DNA from: Elusimicrobiota bacterium
GTDB taxonomy: Bacteria > Elusimicrobiota > Endomicrobiia > CG1-02-37-114 > JAHJSO01
Assembly: GCA_043826435.1 (NCBI GenBank)
Contig: JBDRQF010000007.1
Coordinates: forward strand, 11,724 to 75,723
Direction of reading: 5' to 3'
DNA length: 64,000 nt
Made by a program: the position numbers and the translations under genes. The notes beneath the pieces are model-generated. The model saw only the letters and a program-made list of their open reading frames with translations. It was not told where the DNA came from and did not search any database. Of the stretch, positions 1-9,797 are shown in pieces. Every line of letters begins with the position of its first letter. Within the stretch, counting starts at the first letter, position 1.

Positions 1-3000
1 GAAACTAAATCGTCAAGTAATCCGGCGCACTGCATTTTGAATATCCCGTTCCAGATTTTAACCTGCTCATCGTTTGTTCCGGTAATAAACGCATCCAGTT
101 CCGACGCCGTTGTTTTGACATGGTTCAGGCATGTGTATATGTCTTTAATCGACCGGGAATTACATGCGAGGTGTTTTTGAAGTTCTTCTATACACATTGC
201 GGTTTTTTTAGATTTGGATTCGCGTATTTTGTCAATTAATATATATAATGTATCTTCCAGCCCTCTGAATATTTCCGGTGAAATTATTTTTCTGCCCGGC
301 AATTCGTTTAAGCCGGATTCCAGCACTAGTAAATGCCCTGCAAGATTGCCGCTGTCTACGGTTGAAACATACAAAGGATGAAGAGGATTAAGGGACTGCA
401 GGTCGTACCAGTTGTAAAAATGATTTTTGTATCTTTCCAATAAATTCATGGTATCAAAAGTATTTTTTATATGTTCAATACAACATCCGGCTGAAACATA
501 ACCGAAGTCAAAAGCCGAAAGATTGGCAAGCAGGTATAATCCGATATTTGTCGGTGAGGTGCGGCGGGACGTTCTTTCAACCGGTTTCTCCTGATAATTG
601 TCCGGTGGCAGCCACTTGCTTTCCGGAGTGACAAATGTTTCAAAATAATGCCATGTTTTCCTTGATAATTTGCGTAGGAATAATATTTGCCCGGTATTTA
701 GCAATGGTTTATGGATAGTCAGTGGTTTGCTGAGCCACCATGCTATGGCAGGGGAAAAAAACCACAAACCTAAAAAAATCCACGATAAGTTTATTATACT
801 TATCTGAAAATAAACAAAATAAATGAAACAACCGGCGGGAATCAGCCATGTAACCCACATTGCCCTGATAAATTCAAGCAAATTATTACGGGGGGTTTTT
901 GTAACGTTATGCGAAGGATTCCACTCAAGCATTTTTTTACGGGTGATAAACGTCCTTGTCAAAGTAAGAAATATCGCATGGATACTGTAAAACGCTTCAT
1001 AAGGCAGTGATATTACCGTAAACAATGCCTGGCAAAGGCGTATTATTATCGAATCCAATATGTTGCTATAATGAATTTTTAATGATAATTCTTTGGGTTT
1101 TTTCATTGTGTCAATAATTATAGTAAGTAAAGTCGGAATAATTATTATACCAGTAATTATCAGAGTTATCAGCCATGACATATCAAGGACAGTCCAGCCC
1201 ATAAGAAGCAGTATTAACATTGATGCGGGGACGATGCTCCGGCGGAGATTGTCAAGTATTTTCCACTGAGAAAGCAAGGACATGGGATTTTTTGTTTTGC
1301 CCGGAACAACCGGTTCCAGCCACGATAACAACTGCCAATCACCCCTGATCCATCTATGCCTTCTGCTTACGTCGGACAGATAACTGGAAGGATGTTTTTC
1401 ATAAAACTGTATGTCATTTACAAGCGCTGACCTTACATAACATCCCTCTATAAGGTCATGGCTTAATATACGGTTTTCAGGGAAACGATTGCCGAGTAAC
1501 CTGGAAAACAATTCCACATCATAAATACCCTTGCCGATAAATGAACCCTCGTAAAAATAATCCTGGTAAACGTCTGATACGACTCTAGTGTAGGGGTCTA
1601 TGCCCGGTTCACCGCCGAAAATTTTAACAAACCATGACTTGTTCGCATGCTCCATGTTTACCGCTAAACGCGGCTGAAATATTGTATAACCGTCAACAAC
1701 TCTCTGTTTTTTTTCATCATAAACCGCTTTATTTAGAGGGTGGGCTATTGTTCCGACAAGTTTCCGCGCTGAATCAAGCGGCATTCTGGTATCCGTGTCA
1801 AGTGTAATTACATATTTAACTTGTTTCAGAATATCAATATTATTCCCTTCTATTACCGTCCTTTCATCCCTAAAATCACCGCCCGTCAAAAATGCGTTTA
1901 ATTCCTCAATCTTCCCTCTTTTTCGTTCGTATCCCATCCACACATTTTCTTTTGCGTTCCATATTCTCGGCCTGTGAAAAAGATAAAAAATATCATTACG
2001 GTCCTGTTCGTATTTCTCGTTTAATTCCCCGATACGCTCTCTAATATAACTTAAACATTTATCGTCATCAGGCATTGCCTCTTCCGTCGCGTCGGGAAAA
2101 TCCGTAAGCAGGCTAAAATGCAGGTTTGAATCCCTGTTCGCCAGGAATTCTATTTCTAATCCTTCCAGCAAATCGTCAATATTATTTTGATTATATATAA
2201 TTGTGGGGACTACAATAAGCGTGCGCGCTCCGGCAGGGATTCCTTTTGAAAAATCCATTCTCGGCAATACACCGGGTTTAACAAGGACAGTTATCATCCA
2301 GTTTACCAGCGCCGTGGCAAGATTGCTGAAACAAATAAACAATAATGCGATGCTCGCTAAAAGGAGCCATCCGTTTATCGCATAAGTGCTGATATACTTA
2401 AACACAGCGTTCGAAAAACCTGCCGTGATCGCAAATATTGAGATTAAATAAACAAATAAAGGATGTTTCCTGATTTTTTTTTGCAAATATTCAATCAGGG
2501 AGGGACGCTTCATGGTCGCTTGTTCCAGGCGGGGCAATCCTTTGTCAATCAAGTAGAATCCGACATGAGACATCCTGTCACTTGCGCCTTTTTGCCTTAT
2601 GTTTTGGACAGCTAATCCCACCGATTTAACCGCAACTTCGTTTTCCGTAAACCTGCTTTTTTTTGCAATGTTTTCTATGACATGACGATAATGGTCACGG
2701 GTTTCAAAATCCATATTAATATATACACCGCCAGGATCATCTTTAAGAATGGAATTAACCGAACTTGTTTTTTCAACAAATTCCTTCCAGTCCAGCACAT
2801 TTAACAGCCTCAAACTATTGATAGTGTTGCCGATAGAAACCTGGTCTGAAGCCAGCATCTGACTTTCAGCATGGACAAGTTGTTCAATTTTTGTCCCTTC
2901 TTCAAAAAGCCTCTGCTCTATCCAGGTAATCGGAAGGGCCAGATGAGTGCTTTGCCCCTGCAACCGTCTAACAAGTTCTGAAACAAAAGTGCTTGACATG

Positions 3001-3725
3001 TCCGGGTCTGACCGGGCTAAATCAGCTATTTCTATGACAAGTCCCTTGGGGTCTTCTCCGACAACCTTCAGCATTCTGTCTGCCCAGTAATTTGCCCTGT
3101 CCCTGTCCTTCATCCTGGCATATAGGCGGACCGCTACACGCCTGAGGTTCTCTAAAAGCGCCAGTCGAAGCATAATGGGGATCGCCCATAATTCGCCTAA
3201 TTTAAGCACTTTCTCGGACTGGTAGGCGCTAACAAAATTATAAAGATCTTCTTTGTGTACCCGCCCGTCGGAATGTGATATTAATTTTAGCGCGATATCA
3301 TATACTCTCGGATATCCTTCCAAATGGCCTTTTTTTAAACGGGGGATTCCACGGCTGTAATTTTTGGGGAAATGTTGCCTGGCGGTTCGAATTTGTTCTT
3401 CAACAAGATAAAAATTGTCTATTAACCATTCTCCAGGCGCAGAGATTTTATTCTTGTTTTCAATTGCGGATATTAACAGTTCATAAACATGGGTTAGAAT
3501 ATCTTCGTTTTCCGACAGCCTGGGCAGGAGTTTGTCTTTCCCGCGGGTTATATCAACTTCATGGTTTTTGGCAAGTAATTTGGCATACTGTTCCAATTGA
3601 CTGATACTAAATAATTCAGCCTTCAATGGCTGCTCTATTTTATATTTTTTTGTGATATCATAACTAATAATTTTTTCTTTTAAACGCTTAAAACTTCCTT
3701 TTATTGTATAACTACTGGTTTTCAT
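1..3725 (-). CDS. Cyclic beta-1,2-glucan synthase (Cgs/NdvB/ChvB-like), N-terminal ~1240 aa; runs off left window edge
   Basis: Absent from ORF track (no stop in window). Manual translation from ATG at 3725 gives PLKAELFS..., WLIDNFYLVEEQI, GELWAIPIMLR, WMGYERKRGK, ITLDTDT, SFIGKGIYDV, ILSHDLIEG, RWIRGDWQ, RTSPTNIG, STVDSGN; frame checked at 1940 and 371. Confidence 0.9.
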   Translation of the reverse strand, partial: MKTSSYTIKGSFKRLKEKIISYDITKKYKIEQPLKAELFSISQLEQYAKLLAKNHEVDITRGKDKLLPRLSENEDILTHVYELLISAIENKNKISAPGEWLIDNFYLVEEQIRTARQHFPKNYSRGIPRLKKGHLEGYPRVYDIALKLISHSDGRVHKEDLYNFVSAYQSEKVLKLGELWAIPIMLRLALLENLRRVAVRLYARMKDRDRANYWADRMLKVVGEDPKGLVIEIADLARSDPDMSSTFVSELVRRLQGQSTHLALPITWIEQRLFEEGTKIEQLVHAESQMLASDQVSIGNTINSLRLLNVLDWKEFVEKTSSVNSILKDDPGGVYINMDFETRDHYRHVIENIAKKSRFTENEVAVKSVGLAVQNIRQKGASDRMSHVGFYLIDKGLPRLEQATMKRPSLIEYLQKKIRKHPLFVYLISIFAITAGFSNAVFKYISTYAINGWLLLASIALLFICFSNLATALVNWMITVLVKPGVLPRMDFSKGIPAGARTLIVVPTIIYNQNNIDDLLEGLEIEFLANRDSNLHFSLLTDFPDATEEAMPDDDKCLSYIRERIGELNEKYEQDRNDIFYLFHRPRIWNAKENVWMGYERKRGKIEELNAFLTGGDFRDERTVIEGNNIDILKQVKYVITLDTDTRMPLDSARKLVGTIAHPLNKAVYDEKKQRVVDGYTIFQPRLAVNMEHANKSWFVKIFGGEPGIDPYTRVVSDVYQDYFYEGSFIGKGIYDVELFSRLLGNRFPENRILSHDLIEGCYVRSALVNDIQFYEKHPSSYLSDVSRRHRWIRGDWQLLSWLEPVVPGKTKNPMSLLSQWKILDNLRRSIVPASMLILLLMGWTVLDMSWLITLIITGIIIIPTLLTIIIDTMKKPKELSLKIHYSNILDSIIIRLCQALFTVISLPYEAFYSIHAIFLTLTRTFITRKKMLEWNPSHNVTKTPRNNLLEFIRAMWVTWLIPAGCFIYFVYFQISIINLSWIFLGLWFFSPAIAWWLSKPLTIHKPLLNTGQILFLRKLSRKTWHYFETFVTPESKWLPPDNYQEKPVERTSRRTSPTNIGLYLLANLSAFDFGYVSAGCCIEHIKNTFDTMNLLERYKNHFYNWYDLQSLNPLHPLYVSTVDSGNLAGHLLVLESGLNELPGRKIISPEIFRGLEDTLYILIDKIRESKSKKTAMCIEELQKHLACNSRSIKDIYTCLNHVKTTASELDAFITGTNDEQVKIWNGIFKMQCAGLLDDLV

Positions 3726-3900
3726 ATCTATCCCACAAATTTGTAATTATTCCAACGGTTTTTCAAACCAGGATTCTGCGTCGGATTTTTTGATAAAGAA
3801 TGCCCGGCAGTCGCTATATCCATTGAAGGTAAATTATATCATTTTATCACTCAAATTACAAATTAACGACGGACATAGGGACATCGGGACATAGGGCTCT

Positions 3901-3930
3901 TTGACTTCCAATATAAATATTTGCTATAAT
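3901..3930 (+). promoter_or_regulatory. sigma70-type promoter for rubrerythrin
   Basis: TTGACT-18 bp-TATAAT with TG extension; AAGGAGG RBS before the GTG at 4016. Confidence 0.6.
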
Positions 3931-4015
3931 CATCTCAGGCAAATTATGTCCGTCTTTAGCCCTTATTGGAAAAGTTAAGATTTAAAAAGGTGATGCTTAT
4001 AAAGGAGGACACGTC

Positions 4016-4594
4016 GTGAAAAGCGTTAAAAACACAAAAACGGAGAAGAACCTGCTGGCTTCTTTTGCAGGCGAATCACAGGCAAGGAACAGGTACACCT
4101 ACTTTGCATCCGCTGCAAAGAAGGAAGGGTATGAACAGATTTCAGGGATATTCCTTGAGACCGCCGACAATGAAAAAGAACATGCGAAAAGATTTTTTAA
4201 ATATCTGGAAGGCGGAGAGGTTGAAATTACCGCCTCATATCCTGCCGGCGTTATAGGAAACACAGCGGCAAACCTTGAAGCGGCAGCGGCCGGCGAGAAC
4301 CTTGAATGGACAAAACTTTACAAGGAAGCCGAAGAATACGCTCGCAGGGAGGGCTTTGAGGAAATCGCAAAACAGTTCAAGGAAATAGCGGAAGTGGAAG
4401 TAGAACACGAAAAGAGATACAGGAAACTGCTCAGGAACGTAAAGGAAAAAAGGGTTTTCAGGCGGGACACCGTCGTCAAATGGAAATGCAGGAACTGCGG
4501 TTATATCCATACCGGGAAAGATGCGCCGGATACTTGTCCTGCGTGCGATCACCCGAAAGCGTATTACGAACTGTTTTGTGAATGTAACACATAA
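4016..4594 (+). CDS. rbr: Rubrerythrin
   Basis: FAGESQARNRY, EKEHAK and EVEHEKR di-iron motifs; C-terminal rubredoxin-like CRNC...CPAC. Confidence 0.95.
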   Translation: MKSVKNTKTEKNLLASFAGESQARNRYTYFASAAKKEGYEQISGIFLETADNEKEHAKRFFKYLEGGEVEITASYPAGVIGNTAANLEAAAAGENLEWTKLYKEAEEYARREGFEEIAKQFKEIAEVEVEHEKRYRKLLRNVKEKRVFRRDTVVKWKCRNCGYIHTGKDAPDTCPACDHPKAYYELFCECNT

Positions 4595-4642
4595 CCCCCG
4601 AGGAAAAGCCCTTCCCGGTTTCCATCGGATCGGACTGAATGA

Positions 4643-5989
4643 TTACCTGTCAAGGTACCCTGTCAGCGCCCGCCCCAGCCAGAAATATGACAGCGCTCCT
4701 GCGCCTATTGACGACAACGCCATTCCTATAAATATCCCCTTCAGTCCCCACACACTTGAACCAAGCCAGCACAGGGGGATAAGCAGCACTACCATTTTCA
4801 TCAGGTTCACGCCGGTGGCGTTCAGCGGGGAATTAAGCCCGTTGAATACCGCGGCAATGTTTGAAGTAAGCCCCTGCAGCCCGTAGCCGACGGACACCAG
4901 CATCATATACCACCCTATAACTTCTATCGTCTCCGGCTCTGCGGTAAATATTCCGGCTATGGGGGCGCGTAAAAACAAAAATGCAAAAAATATTATTCCC
5001 CCGAACAACAGGGACGCATGGGCGCTGAACCGCACGCCCGAACGGACACGCAGCATCCTGCCTGCCCCGAGGTTCTGGCCCGTAAACGGGGTCAGCACCA
5101 TCCCGAGGGCAGCCACGGGCGCAAGGGCGAACATCTCAATCCTGCTGCCGACGCCGAGCCCTGCGACCGCCTTCTCCCCGTATAAAGAAACAAGTTTTGT
5201 AATAAACCCCATGCCGAGAGGCGTAAGCATCTGCGTCACTGCTGCCGGAACGCCTATGTAGAGTATCCTCCGCCATGAGTCCAACGTTTGCCTGATGCCG
5301 TCAAAACGTCCGGTAAACATATGTAGTCGCCGCTGGAGAAAGAAAAATGATACCGCCAGGGAAATGGAGCGGGCGAACACAGTGGCGATTGCAGCCCCTT
5401 CAATGCCCATCCGGGGGAAAGGCCCTATGCCGAAAATCAGGAGCGGGTCAAGGATTATATTCACCATTATTGAAACAATCATAACGCCGCTCGGTATTTT
5501 TGTATTGCCAGCGGCACGGATTGCGTTGTTGATCACCATCGTAACGATTACAAACGGCACTCCAAGGTACCAAACGGACATGTACTGCCTCACCATCTCA
5601 AGCGTTTCGCCACCGGCGCCGAGTGCGCTGAAAACCTGCCTGATACTGACGAGCCCCGCAGTACACAGGACAATTGAAAACAAACCCGCAAGCATTATGC
5701 CGTCCGCGGTCAACCTGCGGACCTGATCCGTGTCGCCGCTACCGATTGCCCGTGAGATTACCGACGACGCGCCAACACCCAAACCCACCGATATTGCCGC
5801 CTGAAACATCACCACGGGAAAAGTGAAACTCATGGCAGCCAGCGCTACGGTGCCGAGGCGGCTAATATAGAAGGTGTCCACCAGGTTGAATACCACAAAC
5901 CCCAGCATGCCCACAATCATCGGCAGGGTGAGTGAAACGATAATTTTATTGACGGGCCCCTCCGTCATGGTTATATTTTTCATCCTCAA
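4643..5989 (-). CDS. MATE family efflux transporter
   Basis: About 12 TM segments; NLVDTFYISRLG and NIILDPLLIFG motifs. Confidence 0.9.
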   Translation of the reverse strand: MRMKNITMTEGPVNKIIVSLTLPMIVGMLGFVVFNLVDTFYISRLGTVALAAMSFTFPVVMFQAAISVGLGVGASSVISRAIGSGDTDQVRRLTADGIMLAGLFSIVLCTAGLVSIRQVFSALGAGGETLEMVRQYMSVWYLGVPFVIVTMVINNAIRAAGNTKIPSGVMIVSIMVNIILDPLLIFGIGPFPRMGIEGAAIATVFARSISLAVSFFFLQRRLHMFTGRFDGIRQTLDSWRRILYIGVPAAVTQMLTPLGMGFITKLVSLYGEKAVAGLGVGSRIEMFALAPVAALGMVLTPFTGQNLGAGRMLRVRSGVRFSAHASLLFGGIIFFAFLFLRAPIAGIFTAEPETIEVIGWYMMLVSVGYGLQGLTSNIAAVFNGLNSPLNATGVNLMKMVVLLIPLCWLGSSVWGLKGIFIGMALSSIGAGALSYFWLGRALTGYLDR

Positions 5990-7755
5990 GACCTGCCCCC
6001 GTTACCGCCGCTGCTGCGAGGGGTCGCTCTTTTGCAGGCCAAGGACAGGAGTTCAACCGCGTGCTGCCTCGTTACCTTCGTTATGGTACCGCCACTGAGC
6101 ATCCTGGATATTTCGTCCACTCTCTGCTCTTCTTTTAGGACGGCGGCAGTCGTGTAGGTCCTGCCCGCCTTCTCGGACTTTTCAATCCTGAAGTGCGTAC
6201 CGCCGGGCGGCGAGGCGAAACACGCTATCTGCGGCAGGTGGGTGATGCAGAATGCCTGGTGTGTCCCTGATATTTCCAGAAGTTTCTTACCGAGCACGCT
6301 CCCCATGGGGCCGCTTACCCCGGCATCAATCTCATCAAAAATCATCACCGGGACGTCGCTCGCATTGCCTAACACCGTCTTTATCGCAAGCATCGTGCGG
6401 GACATCTCCCCGCCGGAAGCGATTTCCTTCAGTGGCCCCGGTTTCTCCCCGGGATTGGCGGAAAATAAAAACTCAAGTAAGTCAATCCCGGTTGAAGTAC
6501 AGTCCACCGTCTCAACGTTTATACTGAAAGACGCCTTCGGCATACCCAATTCCCTTAATTCCTTCAAGGCCGACGCTTCTAATTTCACGCAGGCCTTCTT
6601 TCTTTTTTTAGAAAGTTCCGCTGACGCCTCCCGGAGTTCCTGCGTTATCTCGTTCAGTTTTTTTTCCGTCTCAACGATGCTGTCGTCTATATGCATCATC
6701 CTTTCCAGATCCGACTTAACCTTCCTGCCGTATTCAATAATTTCAGTCGCCGTCGCCCCGTATTTCTTTTTGAGTTTTGATATAAGGTCTTTCCTTTCAA
6801 TCAACCGGTCTAACTCCGCGGGATCCATGTTTATCGTTTCGCAATAGTTCTTAATTCTGCCCGCGACATCATCTAACTGCGAAACCACCGATTCAAGGGC
6901 CGGCACGTCGTCCGCAAACCTCCCGCCTGAAATTGAGTTTATCTCCCGTAAGTTATTAAGGGCTTTCTGAAGGGTTTCCAGCGTGGGGCTGCTGCTTGCC
7001 GTCGCTCCCCCGCAGTCCGGCTCCGACGGCAAATCGCCGGGCGACGAGCCGTCAATAAAACACAGCGCCTCCGCGGCAAGCCTCAGGAGTTTGTCCGCGT
7101 TCTTTATGGACGGAAGTATCCGTTCCATCCGTTCTTCCTCATCCGGCTTCAGCCCTGCGCTCTCAATCTCTTTCAACTGGAATTTATACAAATCAGTCAT
7201 GCGTTCCCTGTCCGCCCTGCCCTGCCTGTCTTTCTCCAGTTCTTCTATTAGTTGCCGGTGCCGTTTCCAGAGTTGCCCTGTCTTCTCAGCAAGGGCGTGC
7301 AGCCCGCCGTACCTGTCAACGAGTTTTAACTGCTCCGTCGTTTTCAGCAGGGTCTGGTGCTCGTGCTGTCCGTGGATGTCAACGAGTAAATCGCCTAATT
7401 TCTCCATAAACCCTGCGGTTACCGGCTCATCATTGCAGTAGCACTTTGACCTGCCGGAAGAGTCTATCTCCCGTCTGAGAATCAGCGCGTCGCCGTCCGG
7501 TTTTTCAATCACCTGAAGGATACGTTCTTTCTGCCCGGGGCCTTCCGGATAAAACACGCCGGTTACCGTCATTTTATCCGCTCCCTGCCTGACAACGCCA
7601 GCGGACGCCCTCGCACCGAGGAGAATAGACACCGCCTCCACTATTATGGATTTACCTGCACCCGTCTCGCCCGTAAAGACGTTAAGCCCTTTGGTAAATT
7701 TAAGGTTGACCTGTTCTATTACGGCGTAATTCTTTATGGAGAGTTCTTCAAGCAT
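5986..7755 (-). CDS. recN: DNA repair protein RecN
   Basis: Walker A GETGAGKS, IHGQHE, SGGEMSR, IFDEIDAG, CITHLPQ; follows nadK. Confidence 0.95.
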   Translation of the reverse strand: MLEELSIKNYAVIEQVNLKFTKGLNVFTGETGAGKSIIVEAVSILLGARASAGVVRQGADKMTVTGVFYPEGPGQKERILQVIEKPDGDALILRREIDSSGRSKCYCNDEPVTAGFMEKLGDLLVDIHGQHEHQTLLKTTEQLKLVDRYGGLHALAEKTGQLWKRHRQLIEELEKDRQGRADRERMTDLYKFQLKEIESAGLKPDEEERMERILPSIKNADKLLRLAAEALCFIDGSSPGDLPSEPDCGGATASSSPTLETLQKALNNLREINSISGGRFADDVPALESVVSQLDDVAGRIKNYCETINMDPAELDRLIERKDLISKLKKKYGATATEIIEYGRKVKSDLERMMHIDDSIVETEKKLNEITQELREASAELSKKRKKACVKLEASALKELRELGMPKASFSINVETVDCTSTGIDLLEFLFSANPGEKPGPLKEIASGGEMSRTMLAIKTVLGNASDVPVMIFDEIDAGVSGPMGSVLGKKLLEISGTHQAFCITHLPQIACFASPPGGTHFRIEKSEKAGRTYTTAAVLKEEQRVDEISRMLSGGTITKVTRQHAVELLSLACKRATPRSSGGNGGRS

Positions 7756-8608
7756 TCTTCGCAGGTTGATTCTTAAGGGGCATGCCCCAGCCGAGTTTTG
7801 TCCGCAGGATAGTATAATAATTCTGCCCCGGGGTCGTAATTAAAGACAGGGTGTGCGGGGATTTATTTATTTCCACCGTATCGCCGACGGAAAGCGGGAC
7901 GTTCTCCTGCCCGTCAATGGAAAGTATCGCCCCCTTGTTGGACTTGTATTCCGGGAGATGGATTTTAATCCTGTTTCCCGGATGGACGACCAGCGGCCTT
8001 TGCGAAAGCGTGTGCGGGCATATCGGGGTAATACAGAACACGGGCACGGACGGCTGGATTATCGGCCCCCCCGCTGCGAGTGAATACGCGGTTGAGCCGG
8101 TAGGGGTTGAAACGATAACGCCGTCGCCGGTGTAGTCGGTTAAAAATTCATCGTTGATTATGAGACGCAAAAGAATCACCCTTGTTGACGCACCCGACCT
8201 CACCACACAATCATTAACGGCAAGGTATTTTTTATTTCTGATTGAGACGCTGGCAAGAATCCTCTCCTCAACGTCGGAGAATCTGCTCTTTATAAGACCG
8301 GATATCGCCCGTTCAACACTGCCGGGGTCAACCTCAGCCAGAAATCCTAATGAGCCCAGATTTATCCCGAGGACGGGCACGCCTGCCGGTGCGAGTTTCT
8401 TCGCAGTGTTTATTATTGTCCCGTCGCCGCCTAATGCGATGCACACGTCAACCCCATGGAGATGACTTGCCGTAAGTTTGTCCGTCGGCAGGCAGGCGGT
8501 ACATTTAACAATGCCTCTCCCCTTTTTTTCAAGGACGGACATAACCCTGGCGAGTTCCTTTTTTGCCTGCTTCTTGGCAGGGTTATAGACAATAATGATT
8601 TTTTTCAT
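7748..8608 (-). CDS. nadK: NAD kinase
   Basis: GGDGT, GSLGFL, STPTGSTAYSLAAGGP motifs. Confidence 0.95.
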   Translation of the reverse strand: MKKIIIVYNPAKKQAKKELARVMSVLEKKGRGIVKCTACLPTDKLTASHLHGVDVCIALGGDGTIINTAKKLAPAGVPVLGINLGSLGFLAEVDPGSVERAISGLIKSRFSDVEERILASVSIRNKKYLAVNDCVVRSGASTRVILLRLIINDEFLTDYTGDGVIVSTPTGSTAYSLAAGGPIIQPSVPVFCITPICPHTLSQRPLVVHPGNRIKIHLPEYKSNKGAILSIDGQENVPLSVGDTVEINKSPHTLSLITTPGQNYYTILRTKLGWGMPLKNQPAKNA

Positions 8609-8664
8609 CGGATTTAAACCCGCGTCTCAGATTTTACTCCGCGTTTTCGGCAAACACCTACATT

Positions 8665-9684
8665 TTACTGAATTATTTTTGATTTGTCAAACGACCCGAA
8701 CACGTCCTTCCATTCCTGCTCGGTGGTTATTGTGAGGAGTTTGCCTGAGGGTATCCTGGGGATTTTCGGGCTGCCGGCGTTCTTCCATGCGGTGTACCAG
8801 AGTGAGGCGAGGGCTACCCTGGCGTTCTGCAGGGCTACAGAAGTCATCGGTCTCGTGTCCTGCCAGATGAGACGGTAATACCTGTCCGGGTCGCTTTCAA
8901 TATTGCCCTTGTGTTTCGTATCGGCGTCCATAATGGGCTTCACCCCCGGATAGGAAACGGTAATGTAATCAAATATATAATCAAGCGGCTTTTTCACGCT
9001 CTTTACCTTCTTCGCCAACTGGCTCCGTGTTTTCCTCGCCTGCGCGTCCGCCATCCCTGATTTTTCGTCTTTTTTCCCCGGTTTTTCGGGAGACGCTACC
9101 GACGCATACACCGGCGCACCGCCGTCTAATGTAATCTCCGCCAGAAACGCCTCTGTCATTGTAACCTCATACCTGAAGTGAATCCCGGTATTGCCGGTTA
9201 ATTGTCCGTCATAATTTGCCGCTGTGTGAAGCGGCTGGTGTCCGTCGCCTACATAATGCCCCAGGGTGGCGGCTACCAGCAGGGCCTCGGGCCATTTCCC
9301 CGATTTCATATATCCGGTGAGCAGCTCAATGCATTGGAGCGTCGCCCACGGGAGCAGGCCGTTCTCATGAACCTTCTCCCTGCCGTATTTTTGAATCATA
9401 TCCTTGTATTTCCTGGGCATATTTTTGAAAGGATACTTTTCAAAGTTGTCCATATCCATGTAGTGCCTTATCCCCTCATCCTTCGCAAATGTTTTCCAGT
9501 GATCAGGAGCGGGTGCGTTTTCAACGAGATAATCCTCATAAAAACCAAAGTCATCCATTTCAGCAGGCAGGAGACGGACAGCCCCCCTGTTTATGTATTT
9601 GTGTATCTCAAACCCCCAGCCGAACAACTGGCCGGGTAGGAAAATACAAGCATAAACCATAAACCAAAAAATCTTAATATTCAT
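8665..9684 (-). CDS. Secreted S1/P1 nuclease or zinc-dependent phospholipase C family protein
   Basis: Signal peptide, then WGFEIH; HYVGDGHQPLH and IHFRYE zinc-ligand motifs. Confidence 0.8.
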   Translation of the reverse strand: MNIKIFWFMVYACIFLPGQLFGWGFEIHKYINRGAVRLLPAEMDDFGFYEDYLVENAPAPDHWKTFAKDEGIRHYMDMDNFEKYPFKNMPRKYKDMIQKYGREKVHENGLLPWATLQCIELLTGYMKSGKWPEALLVAATLGHYVGDGHQPLHTAANYDGQLTGNTGIHFRYEVTMTEAFLAEITLDGGAPVYASVASPEKPGKKDEKSGMADAQARKTRSQLAKKVKSVKKPLDYIFDYITVSYPGVKPIMDADTKHKGNIESDPDRYYRLIWQDTRPMTSVALQNARVALASLWYTAWKNAGSPKIPRIPSGKLLTITTEQEWKDVFGSFDKSKIIQ

Positions 9685-9797
9685 AAGTGATAGTATGTTA
9701 CTGTAGATAAAAAATGCTTCGTATAATCACCATTTGATGAAACTTTCAGCACAAACTACATTTTGGGGCTTGTCTATATTTTGTAGCGCATTTACAA

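Noticed and set aside
1795..3604. Plus-strand ORFs at 1795, 2203 and 3275
   Set aside because: Antisense shadows of the glucan synthase frame.
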